DNA of 63,116 nt, filler included, from Reclinomonas americana ATCC 50394 (GCA_048213135.1; 14 parts of 14 records of this genome joined end to end with filler, not necessarily neighbours in it), one strand, 5' to 3'. Positions 12,241-30,465 are shown, counted from the whole stretch's first letter. Program-made: numbers and translations. Notes: generated by a model not told the origin, from the sequence alone.

Positions 12241-12295
12241 GTATACGGGGAAAGAGTGAGCTGAGCAAGTTGCAGAGAGAACGAGGGAGACAATG

Positions 12296-12395
12296 NNNNN
12301 NNNNNNNNNNNNNNNNNNNNNNNNNNNNNNNNNNNNNNNTTAATTAATTAANNNNNNNNNNNNNNNNNNNNNNNNNNNNNNNNNNNNNNNNNNNN
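12296..12395. other. Assembly gap with six-frame-stop linker; the same 100-nt pad recurs at 15084, 19898, 22694, 25810, 30492, 32187, 35000, 40244, 44705, 47723, 49369 and 55399
   Basis: Identical 44N-TTAATTAATTAA-44N pads, many next to microsatellites. Several genes continue colinearly across them. Confidence 0.97.
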
Positions 12396-12614
12396 TTCTC
12401 TCTCTCAGCCTCACTCATTCCCGCACTCCTGTCCTCGCACGCTCTTTTTCTTTTCCTCTCTTGCTTCCGGCGCCCTCGCTTTCCCTTTCAGTCTCGGTGC
12501 TCCTTCACCCTCACTTCTCCTCATTCGCTTTCTCTTGCACCTCCACAGCGTTCCTTTCCCTCTCCCGTCCTTCCCTCCCTTTCCTCACCTCGCCTATTCC
12601 CCTCAATTCTCCAG

Positions 12615-17178
<4,564 letters not shown>

Positions 17179-17270
17179 GCGCTCAATGATCAAAGAGGTT
17201 GGCTGGCTGGCGACCGGCGACAAAAACAGAAATGAACCAATGCAAAAGAGGTGGTTGTTCGTTTTGTTGC

Positions 17271-19610
17271 TTACACTCGAATCCGATCAAACATGCGACT
17301 TATACACCGGCCCACACACGTGACAAACAGCCGCCACGACTCCTCCATCGAGTCGTTGATCGCCGCCGTCAGGTGCCACGCACGCGCCAACGCAGCGAAA
17401 AGCGCGCTCGTTTGCACACGCGACAGATCGAGCTTGCGCAGCGCCTCGCCAATTTTGTGCAACTCGCCGAAGAGCATACGACGCTCCTTGGTCGACGACA
17501 GCGACGGGGTGAGGGTGAGCAGCGACTTGACGAGGTCGCGGATGCGGTCGCTGACGCGGTCCCAGATGCGCGTGCCGCCACCCGCGGCGATGCTGTGAGG
17601 GTCGGCGGTGTGCGGGCGGGGGTCTGCGGGAGAAGGGGAGGGGAGAGGGGATGAGAAGGGAGGAGGAGAAGGTAAGAGGGGAAGAGGAAAGACGGAAGGG
17701 GGAAGACAAGGGAGAAGACGGGGATATCCATCGCTGCTGCAACCCTCACTTGCTCTCGCCGACACAACATTGTTCTCAATCTTTTCTCTCCACCTGTCAT
17801 TCCCGTCATCTGTCTTGCTTTCTCTCCCTTCACATATCACATTTTTCTCTCTTGATATCCATCGCCGCTCCATCATTTCCGCAACTCTCTCTTTCTATCT
17901 CACCGTCTCCTGCACTCCAGTTCTCAATTTCTTTCTCTCCCCCGTCTTCTCTCTTGCTTTCCCTCCCTTCACACTAAATATCCGATTCTCCTATGCCATC
18001 AATCTCCGCTATTTCATCGCTGCAACTCTCGCAAATTATCGGAGCTCTTGCACTCCCTCGTCCCGTTTCATCTCCTGCTTTCCTCTCCTTCGTACCAGCT
18101 CTTCCTTTTTCCCAGCGTCTCCTTCACTCCAGTTCTCAATCTCTTTCTTTCCCGCTCCTTTCTTCGCCACCTCTCTAGATATCTCTCCTCACGCCCTATT
18201 CTCCGTTACCAGCATTCTAGTCTCCACCATTGCCGCAACTCTCTCGTCCTTTTGACGTTTGTCCTTCTTCTCAGATCACTTCTCTCCCACTCCCAGTCCT
18301 GCCGTCTCCCTTGCTTCCCTCCCCTTCACAACTCAACACGCTCTCTCTCTCTCACGCAACTTCCTATTGCCAGTCTCATTCTCTCGCTGTTTCTCCACTT
18401 CATCTCTCCTCCCACGACTCAGTCTTTCTCCGGCTGCATTTCTCTTTCTCTACACCCCTTCTCCTTCCCCTTCCCCCTTTCCCCATTTCCCCCTTCCCCT
18501 TGCTGCCCTTCCCCTTTCCGCACCCAGTGGATACTCCCCCGACGGCCCCTCAATCTCCATCGCCGCCACCACCACATCCTCCGGCTGCATGGCGGCGAGA
18601 ATCGTCGACACAGTCTTGACAAAGTCGGCCAGGTTGTCGCGACGGTCGAGTGCGCGCTGCGGCAATCAACAAAGAGGTGAGCAAACTCTCCCTCCCGCAG
18701 TCCTTCTCCTTCCCCCGCTCACCTTGGCATCGCGCAATTCATCCGTAATGATATTGTCGAATTCGATGCCGTACAGTGTGCTCGAATCACACAACAGCTC
18801 CGTAAACGCCGTGGCCATCACATGCAGGTCGTCGAACGTGAGGAACTGCGCTACCTCGTCAGCTCTCCTTCCCTTCAACACCACCACAACCTTCACCCGC
18901 AACAAACCGTGAGCCTCCGCTTCTCCAAATCGAAGCGGTGGTAGCAGAGAAAGATGACGCGCGCGTAGCGGCGGGCCAGAGTGGCGTTCAGGAAGAACGC
19001 GTGCTGAATGAGGTCCGTCAGCGACACAATGCTCATGGCCGAGGTCCACGACGGTAGAGCGCGGTCCTTGACGTATTTGTAGATGCGGCGGGTGTTTTCG
19101 AACTGGCGGCGGTAGGCGCGCAGGTTGAGGGCGCCGCGCTCGGCCATATCGTCGGGCTCCTTGGCCAGGCGCGACTCGAGCTTCTTGCCGGCCAGGAGGC
19201 GCGCGACCAGCGGGTCCAGCGAGTAGTACTGGTGCAGCAGCTCGCGGAAGACGCTGGCCGACACCATGAGGGTCGACGGCAGCGATTGGTAGAGAGCGGC
19301 ACGATCTGTGAGGAGAAGTAGAGGGTTGGGGGGCGGGACTCGTACAGCAGGACGGGGAATCGAGACAACTAACCAGCTTCATGGGTGACCGAAGGCACGT
19401 GCGCGGCCATGGGCAACGGCGGCAACTGGCCCGTGTACGCCATGGACAGGGATTGCGCTGGCTGCAGGGTTGCACCCGAGGCGCCCGTGCCAAGAGTCGT
19501 GCCAGACATGGGCGAGGGAGAGGGAGAAGTGGCGGGAGTGGAGGATCCGCCATTGCCGCCGCCAGTGGCAGCTGCAGTGCCGGCGGCGCCGGTGCCGCCA
19601 ATCGCTGGAG
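17271..19610 (-). CDS. FIBP: FGF1 intracellular binding protein homologue (5' end in gap)
   Basis: LLHQYYSLDPLVARLLAGKKL..DDMAERGALNLRAYRRQFENTRRIYK..LTDLIQHAFFLNATLARRYARVIFLCYHRFDLEKRRL|QFLTFDDL matches the conserved FIBP core as I recall it. Confidence 0.8.
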
Positions 19611-19997
19611 AGGATGCATCGATAAGCAGAAGGGGTTGCTCTCTCTCTCACACGCGCATGCTTCAGCTCGCAGCTTTCCTTGTCTCTCTCTTTCGCTCTC
19701 CCTCCTGCTCTCACTCCCACACACACACACGCACTCTCTCTCTCTCACACATACAGACACACACACAAAGAGAGAGAGACACACACACACAAACACACAC
19801 TCTCTCTGTCACCCGCTCTCTCTCTCGTCTCTCTCCCCTCCTCCTCCTCCCTCCCTCTCTCTCTCTCTCTAGCTCTGGCTTTCCCTCTCTCACACACNNN
19901 NNNNNNNNNNNNNNNNNNNNNNNNNNNNNNNNNNNNNNNNNTTAATTAATTAANNNNNNNNNNNNNNNNNNNNNNNNNNNNNNNNNNNNNNNNNNNN

Positions 19998-21740
19998 CCT
20001 TGTCCAACATGGATCGACTCTCGTGCACCTCCGTTGGATCTAGAAACAAAGACAGCGGGGCCGGGGCATGGTGGTCTCCACTGACTGCCGCCGCCGCCTC
20101 GGCGAGTGCCGTCTGATCTGTGAGCACACGCCACATCTCCGTCTCCATGTCGCGACAAAGGTCGGCCGGGAAGAATTCGATGCGCGGATACACTGCCGTC
20201 CGCTTGTGGGCGCGCAGCACAGGCAACAGGGTGTGCACCGGGGGTTCGGAGCGATCCGGCAGCGGCGGCGGCACCATGGTGAGGCTGCGCTGGGCGAACT
20301 GCGGTCCGAGATGTTCACATTCTCGCGATATCGATCGCTCCTCCACTGTAAGATCGGCACCTCCTGTGTCGCGATCGCCCCAAGACAGTGAGTTTTGGGT
20401 GACATGGAAGGGTGAAAGGATCCTTGTTGTCTTGTCTCACAAACCGTACAAGGAGAGGCAGAGGAGGTCAGCACGCGTCAGCCGCGGTGCAGAAGAAATC
20501 GACAGCATCAGCAGCAGCTGCGTGGCGTATCTCCACTCGGCAAGGAATGGTCGACGCCGAGCAGCGGCGAGTTGGACCGCGGCAGGAGCCACAGTAAGCG
20601 GCTTTCGCCGCTGCACATTGCACGAATGAAAACAAGGAGAGGGATTCTCGTTGATGTATGCAAATGTTCGCCACGCAACAGCCCAGTCAACCACAAACTC
20701 GCAAAACAACTTGCGCCGATCAGAGATCCTTCTGTCGTTCTGTTTGCAACACGCACGGAGTTCAGCTCACGACGGTATGACAGGTGGAAAGGATAAAGGG
20801 CCACTCCGTCCTCAAAACTACCAAACATGCTACAGAGCGAGAGAGAAGTCGACAATGGTAAAATAGCGTTGCATTCTCCTTCTTACCTCCACAAGCGTGT
20901 CCCAACTACGCTGCAGTACTTTGTACGCCAGATCATTGTCCTCGCCAACCGCCACCAAGACTACGAAAGCGCGAGAGTGTCAGCTGTGGATGATTTGACT
21001 CGCTCGTTGTCGGTTTTCAAAGAAAAAAAAGTCGACACTCACCTGCGCCCCACAACGTGGGCGCCGAGTAGGCGTCCACGTGTACTACATCCCTCCGCGA
21101 CACGTAATCCAAAGTCACAGTCAACATTCGCGAAGGGTACATGACAAATCGCGGCAAGTCCATCCTGCAGATGCGACGGGCTCTTTCGTCATCACCTGTC
21201 AGTGTGAGAGCGCAGCATCCGACACGCTTGAGATGCATGGTCTGAAGTGGCGCAGAGTGCGCGGTAAGAGAGCGCGCAGAGTGGAGAGAGAACGGCAAAC
21301 AAGCGCATGTGTACACCTGTAATTTAGAGAACACTCTGTTTGCGACTCGTTCGACAAGGTCTTCGGCCAGCGTTGTTGCCCGAGGGAGAGCATCACTTGC
21401 CAAGACTCTATGCACTGTGCTCGAGGCGCACAGCGTGATCAACAAAACAGCATCAGCCAACTACACTGCGCACTGATATCTTCACTCACTCACCAGCGTC
21501 TCCAATGGTGTCGTGCTCGTGAGTGACAGTCACCACCACTTCCCCGCCAGTGTCAAGTGGCACAGCCACATGTTGTGCAGGCAGCGCAGGGTCCAACACA
21601 CGCCGAGGACTTGCCAGCCTCACATCGTCTCCCGCTTGTTTACCGCGACACGCAACGAGGGCAGAGAGCAAGACGAGGAGAAGGAGTGGAGGGAGCACGC
21701 GCGAAAGGGCACACAGTGGCGGTGGCGCGCGCTGCCGCAT
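19998..21740 (-). CDS. GT77-like glycosyltransferase paralogue 3 (N-terminal part; C-terminus in gap)
   Basis: MRQRAPPPLCALSRVLPPLLLLVLLSALVACRG hydrophobic leader, and exons colinear with copies 1 and 2. Confidence 0.6.
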
Positions 21741-21916
21741 CGCAGCGGAGTTGGAACGGGCTCGACGGATTTGGCAAATTAAATCGAAACTGGCGGGCGA
21801 ATAATGAACAATCGCTGCGTGCAGGTGGGTTGTGTACGGCGGGTGACATATACATGGTGCGCGGAAAGCGTGCAGCAGGAGGAGCAATTGCGACTTACAC
21901 CTTCACTGATAGCAGA

Positions 21917-24482
21917 TCACGACAGAAGTGGCTTCCACCACAACGCTCTATTCAACAAGTCGACCTTGTTCCCGACACCACCGCAATGTACCTGCACATG
22001 CATACGGTCGCCTATGAGAAAGAGAAGAAGCTACGAGCACCCCTCATATCCCACAGCGCGCACTCACCACCATCAAGTCAGTCTCCTCCGGTATGTCGCT
22101 CATCTGCTTCCGCGCGACCAGCAACTCAATGCCACTCACGGTGTTGACCTGCTGCAGATTGAACCAGTCGATGCGCAGCCGGCCGAGGCGCACATGCACG
22201 TCCACCAGCGCATTCATGAACTGCTGATCGTGGTCGTCGAGATGTGGCCAGTGCTTGTTCAGTTGCCCGACGGCAGCCGCAAACAGTCGCAGAGAGTACA
22301 CAGTTGGGCGTGCTGTCCACACTCCCGCGTTGATACTCAGCGCACGCTGGTGAGAGGCGCACACGTGAGCCGGTGTGCCGTTCTGCAATCATGTGAACAA
22401 TGAATGAGGGACATTGCGAAGCACGCAACACCCACTCCAACATCTCACCGGGCCAAAGTCCGACAGGCTGTTGGAGATCGTGTACGACCACGGATCGCGG
22501 GTTCGCTCTGTCGGTGTCGCCTCCAGCATCAACGTTGCGTCCTGCTCGGAAATACCAACGAGGTCGCCCTGGAAGATGATGTCGGGTAGGATATCGTACA
22601 TCTGCGAAACGGATGACACTTGCGGCAGATCCCACACTGGCCGAACAAACACGGCATCCACGTCCGTGTGGAACGGTTGCACGCCGCATCGCANNNNNNN
22701 NNNNNNNNNNNNNNNNNNNNNNNNNNNNNNNNNNNNNTTAATTAATTAANNNNNNNNNNNNNNNNNNNNNNNNNNNNNNNNNNNNNNNNNNNNAGACGGT
22801 CGCCGTGAGCAGCAAAGAAGCGAGACAACCACATCTGGATCAGTTCCAGGTACCGTCCAGGATTCTTCGATGCCAGCTGCACCACCGTGAACACCACCAG
22901 CCGATGCAGCGAGTTGGCACTCGGCTGCACCGTCATGCGTGGATGCGCCAACACCGCCGCCACCTTGTCCAGCATCGCTCGACTCTCGTGCACTGCTGTT
23001 GGATCTAGAAACAACGACCGCGGGGTTGGGGCATGGTGATCCCCACTGACTGCCGCCGCCGCCTCGGCGAGCGCCGTCTTGTCTGTGAGCACGCGCCACA
23101 TCTCCGTCTCCATGTCGCGACAGAGGTCGGCCGGAAAGAACTCGACGCGCGGATACACCGCCGTCCGCTTGTGGGCGCGCAGCGCAGCCGACAAGGTGTG
23201 CACCGGGGGTTCGGAGCGATCCGGCAGTGGCGGTGGCATCATGGTGAGGCTGCGCTGAGCAAACTGCGGTCCGAGATGCTCGCACTCTCGCTCCTGCACT
23301 GTAAGATCGGCACCTCCTGTGTCACACCGTGATAGTGAGTCTTCGAGCACGAAAGGGTGGATGGTGCCTTGTAGGTTCGCCTCACAAACCGTACACAGAA
23401 AGGCAGAAATGATTATCACGCATCAACTGCGATGGTGACGACGACAAGGGCAGCAAATTAATTGCAAGATCTAGAAGCGGTGTGGCGTATCTCCATTCGG
23501 CGAGGAACGATCGATGTCGACCAGCGGCGAGTTTGTCCGCGACAGGAGGCAGGATTAGCGGTTTTTGCAACTGCAAGAAACTGCACCAGTGAGAACCAGT
23601 TGAGGTGTGTTGGGTGACATACAGGTATCGTCACGCAACTGTCCAGTCGCCCGAAAGCTCACAAAACCATACGCGCCGACTCGAGATCATCTCGTCGTTC
23701 TATTAGCAACACGCACGGAGTTCAGTTCGCGATGGTGACGGTGCGACAGACGGAAAGCATGCGCATATGCGATTGTGGAGCCATCAGTTGTTCAAAGAAG
23801 CACACAAACTCAGAGGATGATAAATGCAGTGATGTGCATCGTACCTCCACAAACGCGCTCCAGCTGTGTCGCAGCACCTCATACGCCAGGTCATTGTCCT
23901 CACCAACCGTGGCCAAGACTGCGAAAGCGCGAGAGTGTCAGGATGACTTGATTTCCTCACCAAACGCCACTTGCGCACCTGCGCCCCACAAAGTTGGCGC
24001 CGAGTACGTGTCCACATTCACTGATACAGCATGTGGCGCGTCCTCGAACTTCACAGACACCGTCCACTTTCGAGACGGGTACATGACAAAGCGTGGCAAG
24101 TCCATCTTGCAGATGCGACTGGCTCTGTCATCATCGGTACTTGCCAGTGTGAGAGCGCAGCATCCGACACGCTTGAGTTGCATTGTCTGGCAAGGAAAAC
24201 ACACAGATTATGAATGCACCGCAGCTGCAGGCAAGAGGCGGAAGAAGAAGCAAACCTGCAATGTCGAGAGTACACTCAAGGCGACTCGTTCAACAAGTTC
24301 CTCTTCAGTACATGTTATCGGGGAAGAGAGTGCATGCTTTGCCAAGGCCTCCCGCACTGTGTACGAGGGAGGGTGGGCACACAGCACATTCATCAACAAG
24401 CACAGTAACATACTAGAATGGGAGAAACCGACGACGAACATTCCAAAGCGCAAGGTGGCAGCAAGATTGACAGTGTTCTCAC

Positions 24483-24520
<38 letters not shown>

Positions 24521-24858
24521 TCACTCACACTGCGCTTTCTCTCTCTCTCTCTCTCGCACACACACACATTGCACTGATCACTTGCTCTCTTTCTCTCACT
24601 CACTCACTCACCAGCGTCGCCAATGGTGTCATGCTCATGAGTGACAGTCACCACCACTTCCTCGCCAGTGTCGAGTGGCACAACCACATGTTGTGCAGAC
24701 ACCGCGGGATCCAACACACGTCGAGGACTTGCCAGTCGCGGGTCATCTCCTGCTGGTTCACCGCGACACACAACGAAGGCAGAGAAAAGGGCAAGGAGAA
24801 GGAGTGGAAAGAACACGCGCGAAAGGCCACTTAATAGCGGTGGCGTGCGCTGCCGCAT
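21917..24858 (-). CDS. GT77-like (nucleotide-diphospho-sugar transferase) glycosyltransferase paralogue 2; spans a gap
   Basis: Hydrophobic leader at 24858. C-terminal domain has FHTDVDAVF (DxD), INAGVW, DHDQQFMN and a terminal VH.C...K..L....LWW motif. Confidence 0.65.
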
Positions 24859-25031
24859 CGCAGCGGAGTTGCAGATCGGAATCTGAAAACTGGACGACGA
24901 ATTATGAACACCACAGCAATCGTGAGCAGCTGGCAGGCGGTTGTGTACGGCGAGTGATACATCTGGTGCGCGGAAAGCGTCCAGCAGGAGGAGCAATTGC
25001 GTCGTGCCAACTTCACTACGTTAACAAATGA

Positions 25032-25918
25032 TCATGACGGAAGTGGCTTCCACCACAGCGATCTCTTGAGCAAGTCGATCTTTCGCCCGACTCCGCATCC
25101 GTGCACCTGCACATGCATACGGTGGCGTATGAGAAAGAGAAGAAGCTACGAGCACCCCTCATATCCCACACCGCCCACTTACCACCATCAAGTCAGTCTC
25201 CTCCGGTATGTCGCTCATTTGCTTCCGCGCGACCAGCAACTCAATTCCACTCACGGTGTTGACCTGCTGCAGATTGAACCAGTCGACGCGCAGCCGACCG
25301 AGGCGCACATGCACGTCCACTAGCGCATTCATGAATTGCTGGTCGTGGTCGTGGAGATGTGGCCAGTGTTTGTGCAATTGCCCGACGGCGGCCGCAAACA
25401 GTCGCAGAGAGTACACGGTTGGGCGTGCTGTCCACACTCCCGTGTTAATACTCAGCGCACGCTGGTGAGAGGCGCACACGTGGGCCGGTGTGCCCTTCTG
25501 CAATCACGCGGACACTTGAGTGACACAACGGTATTTGCAATGATGTTGTTTTCCAGTTGCTCACCGCGCCGAAGTCCGACAGGCTGTTGGGGATCGCGTA
25601 CGACCAAGGATTGCGTGTACGCTCTCTCGGTGTCGCCTCCAACATCAGTGTCGCATCATGGTCGACAAGACCAACGAGGTCGCCCTGGAAGATGATGTCG
25701 GGTAGGATATCGTACAGCTCCGACACGGACGACACCTGCGGCAGATCCCACACTGGCCGAACAAACACGGCATCCACGTCGGTGTAGAACGGTTGCACAC
25801 CGCATCGCANNNNNNNNNNNNNNNNNNNNNNNNNNNNNNNNNNNNNNNNNNNNTTAATTAATTAANNNNNNNNNNNNNNNNNNNNNNNNNNNNNNNNNNN
25901 NNNNNNNNNCGCGTCGTC

Positions 25919-25971
<53 letters not shown>

Positions 25972-27864
25972 CTCTCTCCCTTCGCTCCTCACCAATGCTC
26001 ATCGTCCAGTACCACTCCGGCGTCGCGGTCTGGTCCTAACATTGCCTTCACGGCCGTCGCCGTCGTCTCATCGCCACAAGCAATCAGCGGAAGCAGACGG
26101 TCGCCGTGAGCAGCAAAGAAGCGAGACAACCACATCTGGATCAGCGCCAAGTACTGCTCGGTATTCTTCGATGCCAGCTGCACCACCGTGAAAACCACCA
26201 ATCGATGCGGTGAGTTGGCACTCGGCTGCACCGTCATGCGAGGATGCGCCAACACCGCCGCCACCTTGTCCAACATGGATCGACTCTCGGGCACCTCCGT
26301 TGGATCTAGAAACAATGACTGCGGGGTTGGGGAATGGTGGTCTCCACCGACTGCTGCCGCTGCCTCGGCGAGTGCCGTCTTGTCTGTGAGCACGCGCCAC
26401 ATCTCCGTCTCCATGTCGCGACAAAGGTCGGCCGGGAAGAACTCGATGCGCGGATACACTGCCGTCCGCTTGTGTGCGCGCAGCGAAGGTAACAAGGTGT
26501 GCACCGGGGGTTCGGAGCGATCCGGCAGCGGCGGTGGTACCATGGTGAGGCTGCGCTGGGCGAACTGCGGTCCGAGATGTTCACATTCTCGCGATATCGA
26601 TCGCTCCTCCACAGTAAGATCCGCACCTCCTGTGTCACACCACGATAGTGAGTTTTGGGGTGGCATGGAAGGGTAAAAGGATCCTTGTTTTCTTGTCTCA
26701 CAAACCGTACAAGGAGAGGCAGAGGTGACCATCACGCATCAACTGCAGCTGCGACGATGATAGGGAGAGCTGTGATGGCTTCGCGTATCTCCACTCGGCG
26801 AGGAATGGTCGATGTTGAGCAGCGGCGGTGAGTTTGTCCGCGGCAGGAGCCAGGGCCAGTGGTTTTTGCGACTGCAAAACATTGCACCAATGAGAGCAAG
26901 TTGAGGGAAGGAGAAAAGGGGGGGTGAAGGGGAAGGGAAATGGAGAAGGTGACGGGGGAAGGTGACGGGGGAAGGTGACGGGGGAAAGAGAAGGGTGAGG
27001 CGATGAGGGACATGATCGTAACGCAACAGCCCAGTCAGTCACAAACTCGCAAAACCATTTGCGCCGATCGGGGATCTTCTCGTCGTTCTATCCGTAACAC
27101 ACAAGGAGTTCAGTTCGCGATGGTGACGGTGAGATAGAAGGAAAGGAGGTGATCGGGAGGCACTGGGCCACCAGTCATTGAATCGGCACACAAACACAGA
27201 GGAGAAAGGCAGTGTTGTAGCTTGCTGCATTCTTCTTACCTCCACAAACGCGCTCCAGCTGTGTCGCAGCACCTCGTACGCCAGATCATTGTCCTCACCA
27301 ACCGCAGCCAAGACTGCGAAAGCGCGAGAGTGTCAGGATGACTTGATTTCCTCACCAAACACCACTTGCGCACCTGCGCCCCACAACGTGGGTGCCGAGT
27401 AGGTGTCCACATTCACTGATACAGCATGCGGCGCGTCCTCGAACTTCACAAACACAGTCCACTTTCGCGAAGGGTACACGACAAAGCGTGGCAAGTCCAT
27501 CTTGCAGATGTGACTGGCTCTGTCATCGTCATCAGCTGTCAGTGTAAGAGCGCAGCATCCGACACGCTTGAGTTGCATTGTCTGGCAAGGAGATTATGAA
27601 TGCACCGCAGCTGCAGGCAAGAGGGGGAGGAAGAAGCAAACCTGCAATGTCGAGAGTACGCTCGAGGCGACTCGTTCAACAAGTTCATCTTCAGTACATG
27701 TTATCGGGGAAGAGAGCGCATGCTTTGTCAAGGCTTCCCGCACTGTGTACGAGGGAGGGGTGGGCACACAGCACATTCATCAACAAGTACAGTAACATAC
27801 TAGAATGGGAGAAACCGATGAACAAAACGCAGGGACACCATTATTGCCAGTGTTATCACTCTCT

Positions 27865-27931
<67 letters not shown>

Positions 27932-27967
27932 CACACTCTCTCTCACTCTCTCCCCTCCACTCAATCA

Positions 27968-27998
<31 letters not shown>

Positions 27999-28249
27999 TC
28001 ACCAGCGTCGCCAATCGTGTCATGCTCATGAGTGACAGTCACCACCACTTCCCCACCAGTGTCGAGTGGCACAACCACATGTTGTACAGACAGCGCAGGG
28101 TCCAACACACGACGAGGACTTGCCAGCCGCGGGTCGTCCCCCACTGGTTCTCCGTGACACACACCGAGGAGAGAGAAGAAGAGGAGGAGGAGAAGGAGAG
28201 AAGAGAGCACGCGTGAAAGGCGACACCTTTGTTTCTCGTCACGCGACAT
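25032..28249 (-). CDS. GT77-like glycosyltransferase paralogue 1; spans a gap
   Basis: MSRDEKQRCRLSRVLSSLLLLLLFFSLLGVCHG leader; FYTDVDAVF, INTGVW, DHDQQFMN, VHGCGVGRKIDLLKRSLWWKPLPS*. Confidence 0.65.
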
Positions 28250-28570
28250 TCCCGATGCGGCGAGTAATGAGCGGGGGGACATTGGCTTTGACGTCGACTT
28301 CACACAGCTCTCTTCCTGATGTGTACGGCGGTCGGTGTGCGCATCACAAGAACCAAGTCAGGCCGTCACACAGCCTGTATCCCACTTCAGCGAACACACA
28401 AAACGTACACTAGGTGATTCGAAGTGAGAGAGGAGATCGGCCGAGCGGGTGGAGCACGAGACAGGGGAGGGGGTTAAAGAAGCAGAAAGAAAGAAGGATG
28501 GTTTGCTCTGTCACAAGTGTCCTCGCCTGACCGATCGGGAACCCCAGAACGAATCGCGACACGGTTCGTC

Positions 28571-30421
28571 TTACTTCTTGGAGCGGAAGGTCACACGGCG
28601 AATGGCATTGATAATGTTCTCCACCTGCGGCACGGCCATCTTCTCCAGGTTTTGCGCGTACGGCATCGGAATGTCTACGCCGGTCACGCGCTCAATCGGA
28701 GCGTCGAGGTAGTTGAAGGCCTCGCCTGCGTGGGGAGGATAGTTGAGGGAAGCGGACGAGGAATTGCATGAAGCTGGGAATAACACGAAACTCTCCATAA
28801 TGGTGGCTGCAATCTCGGCACCCACGCCAAACTGCGGCCAGCCCTCCTCTACCGTCACCAGGCGTGTCGTCTTCATCACACTCTTCACAATGGCGGGGCG
28901 GTCCAGCGGTCGGATCGTTCGCAGGTTGATGACCTGTAAAGAGGGAGAATGTGGGCACAAAAGTGGAAAGGAGGGAGGGCATTAGAAAAAACGCCTACCT
29001 CAACGCTGATGCCCTCGGCCTCCAGCTGCTGGGCGGCCTGCAACGAGGTGCCCACCATCTTCGAAAAGGTCACCACCGTGACGTCCTTGCCTGTGAAGAG
29101 AGGGGAAGGGGGAGTAATAAGCGGAAGGCGAATGGTGTGAAGAGGGGAAGGGGAGTAATAAGCGGAAGGTGAATGGTGTGAAGAGGGGAAGGGGGAGTAA
29201 TAAGTGGAAGGCGAATGGAGTGAAGGGGGAAGGGAGAGTAATAAGCGAAAGGTGAATGAAGAGGGGAAGGGAGAGTAATAAGCGAAAGGTGAATGAAGAG
29301 GGGAAGGGAGAGTAACAAGTGGAACGTGAATGGTGTGAAGAGGGGAAGGGGGAGTCATAAGTGGAAGGCGAATGGAGTGAAGAGGAGAAGGGGGGACTAA
29401 GTGGAAGGTGAATTTGAAGAGGGGAAGGGGGATTTATACGTGGAAGGCGAATGGTGTGAAAAGAGGGAAAGGGGGAGTAATAAGTGGAAGGTGAATGGTG
29501 TGAACGGGGGATAATAAGCGAAAGGCGACTAATGTGAAGAGGGGAAGCACGAGTGCAGGTCCCGAACTCTTTCTCTCAATGGACACGAGATCAACAAGTA
29601 TGCCACACAGCAGAGCACGAGAGTGAGGAAAGACAACGGCACTCTGTCTCTGAAGCGTGTGAGCAGAAGATCCCAAGCCCACATGCGGCCTACACATCCA
29701 ACATCAATGTGCTCTCCGAAAAGTAGGTGGGAGAGCGAGAGCGAAGAAGAAAAGAGCCGCAGAGCGTGAGACAAGAGGACGAAGAGTGTGCAGTGAGCGC
29801 ACGGGGGGCAGCGAGAAAAACGAGTGCAATATTCGGTGAGAGACTGCAGGGACGCGTCAGAACACACGACTACGCCCGCATGCAACTGCGCTCACCGGAA
29901 AGACAGCGAGACAGCAAGCGAAGAAGACGGGCAAAAGTAGAGACGACATATACTCTCCCCTCCTTTCCCCCCTTTCCCCATTCCCACCTTCACGCTCGAC
30001 CTTGGCCTTGCCCAGCGGCACCACAAAGTCATCCTTTAGTGCCTCCGGGCTCATCGGGAAGCTCACACCGTACAACAGTTCGTTTTCCAGCACCACCACT
30101 GGATTGTCGTCACGCACGGCGGCCTTCATCAGACCCTTGGCGTCCTCCGACGACCATGGCGACACGACAATCAGGCCGGGCACCGAGCCGTACCATGCGG
30201 CAAAGCACTGCGAGTGCTGCGCGCCTGCACGGGGGCGGGGGGAGTAGGTAGAAGGAGGAATTTAGATTGGAGGGAAGTCAAGGAGGGTGTCGATCTCTTC
30301 GCACCGACACCAGCCGCTGGTCCATTGGGGCCGCGGAAGACGACGGGGCAGCTCAGCTGACCGCCGGACATGTACTTGCCCTTGGCGCCAGAGTTGACGA
30401 TTTGATCAATGGCCTGGGAGG

Positions 30422-30465
<44 letters not shown>

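Noticed and set aside
12340..12351. Recurrent palindromic TTAATTAATTAA motif
   Set aside because: It is always centred in identical N pads, so it is an artificial six-frame-stop scaffold linker, not biology.
29090..29530. Regular repeats of about 40 bp (also 38555-39000 and 53770-54200) as a possible CRISPR array
   Set aside because: Units are degenerate, directly adjacent without unique spacers, lie inside spliceosomal introns, and no cas genes are present.
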